From a virus (Duplodnaviria > Heunggongvirae > Uroviricota > Caudoviricetes): a stretch of 42,350 bases of DNA. Where the stretch lies: positions 1 to 42,350 of the IMG/VR virus record IMGVR_UViG_2636415673_000001; one strand, 5' to 3'. Both the position numbers and the translations under genes were made by a program. Shown here piece after piece: positions 41,006 to 42,350 of the stretch. Numbering within the stretch: position 1 is the stretch's first letter; every line of letters starts with the position of its first letter. The notes beneath the pieces were generated by a model. It ran no database searches. It was not told where the DNA came from and saw only the letters and a program-made list of their open reading frames with translations.

Positions 41006-41020
41006 TTAGTATAAAAAAGC
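41006..41020. other. attL: attL core (15-bp lambda common core)
   Basis: ttagtataaaaaagc, identical to 568..582; int-proximal junction. Confidence 0.9.
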
Positions 41021-41066
41021 AGGCTTCAACGGATTCATTTTTCTATTTCATAGCCCGGAGCAACCT

Positions 41067-42350
41067 GTGAACACATTTTCAGTTTCCCGTCTGGCGCTGG
41101 CATTGGCTTTTGGCGTGACGCTGACCGCCTGTAGCTCAACACCGCCCGATCAACGTCCTTCTGATCAAACCGCGCCTGGTACCTCTTCTCGCCCGATTCT
41201 GTCGGCAAAAGAAGCGCAGAATTTCGATGCTCAACACTATTTTGCATCCCTGACACCAGGTGCGGCAGCGTGGAATCCTTCCCCGATTACCCTGCCTGCA
41301 CAACCTGACTTTGTTGTCGGCCCGGCGGGTACTCAAGGTGTAACGCATACCACGATTCAGGCGGCGGTAGATGCGGCAATTATCAAGCGTACCAACAAGC
41401 GCCAGTATATTGCCGTGATGCCTGGTGAGTATCAGGGAACGGTATATGTCCCTGCCGCTCCGGGTGGAATTACTCTGTACGGTACAGGTGAAAAACCGAT
41501 TGATGTGAAGATTGGGCTTTCCCTTGATGGGGGCATGAGCCCTGCCGACTGGCGTCATGACGTCAACCCGCGCGGCAAATATATGCCAGGTAAACCAGCG
41601 TGGTATATGTACGATAGCTGCCAGAGCAAACGCAGCGACAGTATCGGCGTTCTCTGCTCTGCGGTCTTCTGGTCACAAAACAATGGCCTGCAACTGCAAA
41701 ACCTGACCATCGAAAACACGCTGGGCGATAGCGTAGATGCGGGTAACCATCCGGCGGTGGCACTGCGTACTGATGGCGACAAAGTGCAGATCAATAACGT
41801 CAACATTCTCGGTCGTCAGAATACCTTCTTTGTCACCAACAGTGGTGTGCAAAACCGTCTGGAAACCAACCGTCAGCCGCGTACTCTGGTGACCAACAGT
41901 TACATTGAAGGGGATGTGGATATCGTTTCTGGTCGCGGCGCAGTGGTGTTCGATAACACCGAATTCCGCGTGGTGAACTCACGTACTCAGCAAGAAGCGT
42001 ATGTGTTTGCACCGGCTACGCTGTCTAACATCTATTACGGTTTCCTCGCCGTAAACAGCCGTTTCAATGCTTCCGGTGATGGCGTGGCGCAACTGGGTCG
42101 CTCGCTGGATGTTGATGCCAATACCAACGGTCAGGTGGTGATCCGTGATAGCGCCATCAACGAAGGTTTTAACACGGCGAAACCGTGGGCCGATGCGGTG
42201 ATTTCCAATCGTCCATTCGCAGGTAACACCGGCAGCGTTGACGATAGCGACGAAATACAACGCAATCTGAATGACACTAACTACAACCGCATGTGGGAAT
42301 ACAATAACCGCGGCGTGGGTAGTAAAGTGGTTGCAGAGGCGAAGAAGTAA
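41067..42350 (+). CDS. ybhC: YbhC, pectinesterase-like outer-membrane lipoprotein; host gene on the gal side of attB
   Basis: 427 aa; GTG start with GGAG RBS; lipobox LTAC; matches E. coli YbhC as remembered. Confidence 0.9.
   Translation: MNTFSVSRLALALAFGVTLTACSSTPPDQRPSDQTAPGTSSRPILSAKEAQNFDAQHYFASLTPGAAAWNPSPITLPAQPDFVVGPAGTQGVTHTTIQAAVDAAIIKRTNKRQYIAVMPGEYQGTVYVPAAPGGITLYGTGEKPIDVKIGLSLDGGMSPADWRHDVNPRGKYMPGKPAWYMYDSCQSKRSDSIGVLCSAVFWSQNNGLQLQNLTIENTLGDSVDAGNHPAVALRTDGDKVQINNVNILGRQNTFFVTNSGVQNRLETNRQPRTLVTNSYIEGDVDIVSGRGAVVFDNTEFRVVNSRTQQEAYVFAPATLSNIYYGFLAVNSRFNASGDGVAQLGRSLDVDANTNGQVVIRDSAINEGFNTAKPWADAVISNRPFAGNTGSVDDSDEIQRNLNDTNYNRMWEYNNRGVGSKVVAEAKK

Larger units (their letters stand above)
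568..41020. mobile_element. Intact lambda/P22 mosaic prophage inserted at attB-lambda (ybhB-ybhC)
   Basis: Direct 15-bp core repeats at both ends; int/xis next to P' arm; full regulatory, replication, lysis and morphogenesis gene sets with no obvious disruptions. Confidence 0.9.

Noticed and set aside
1-42350. CRISPR array, insertion sequence or transposase
   Set aside because: No repeat-spacer periodicity and no transposase-like ORF seen. The only structured repeats are the att cores, the origin iterons, operators and terminator hairpins.

Overview
The window is one complete ~40.4 kb temperate prophage (568..41020) integrated at the lambda attB site of an E. coli chromosome, between ybhB (1..477) and ybhC (41067..42350). 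Both junctions carry the 15-bp lambda core (ttagtataaaaaagc on this strand) flanked by recognisable lambda P and P' arms. The phage is a mosaic. Lambda-type parts: int, xis, orf55, N with nutL/nutR, the cI C-terminal domain, cII, nin genes, Q, pR'/tR', S/R/Rz/Rz1. P22-type parts: TerS with pac, TerL, portal, scaffold, coat, gp4, gp10, gp26 needle, gp14, gp7/gp20/gp16 ejection proteins, tailspike with P22 head-binding N-terminus, erf, and a gtrABC O-antigen conversion operon next to attR. Replication uses an O-like initiator with an internal iteron origin and a primase-helicase fusion. Accessory content that I could not assign to a known function: two tRNA-like genes between tR' and the holin; a 156-aa AT-rich gene immediately after N; a T5orf172/GIY-YIG-like gene between Rz and the terminase; two paralogous small HExxH proteins at separate moron loci; a SieA-like membrane protein in the immI-equivalent locus; and three unknown genes at the head of the nin region. 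No CRISPR array, transposase or toxin gene was found. All homology calls rest on reading the supplied translations against remembered lambda and P22 proteins; no database search was run.
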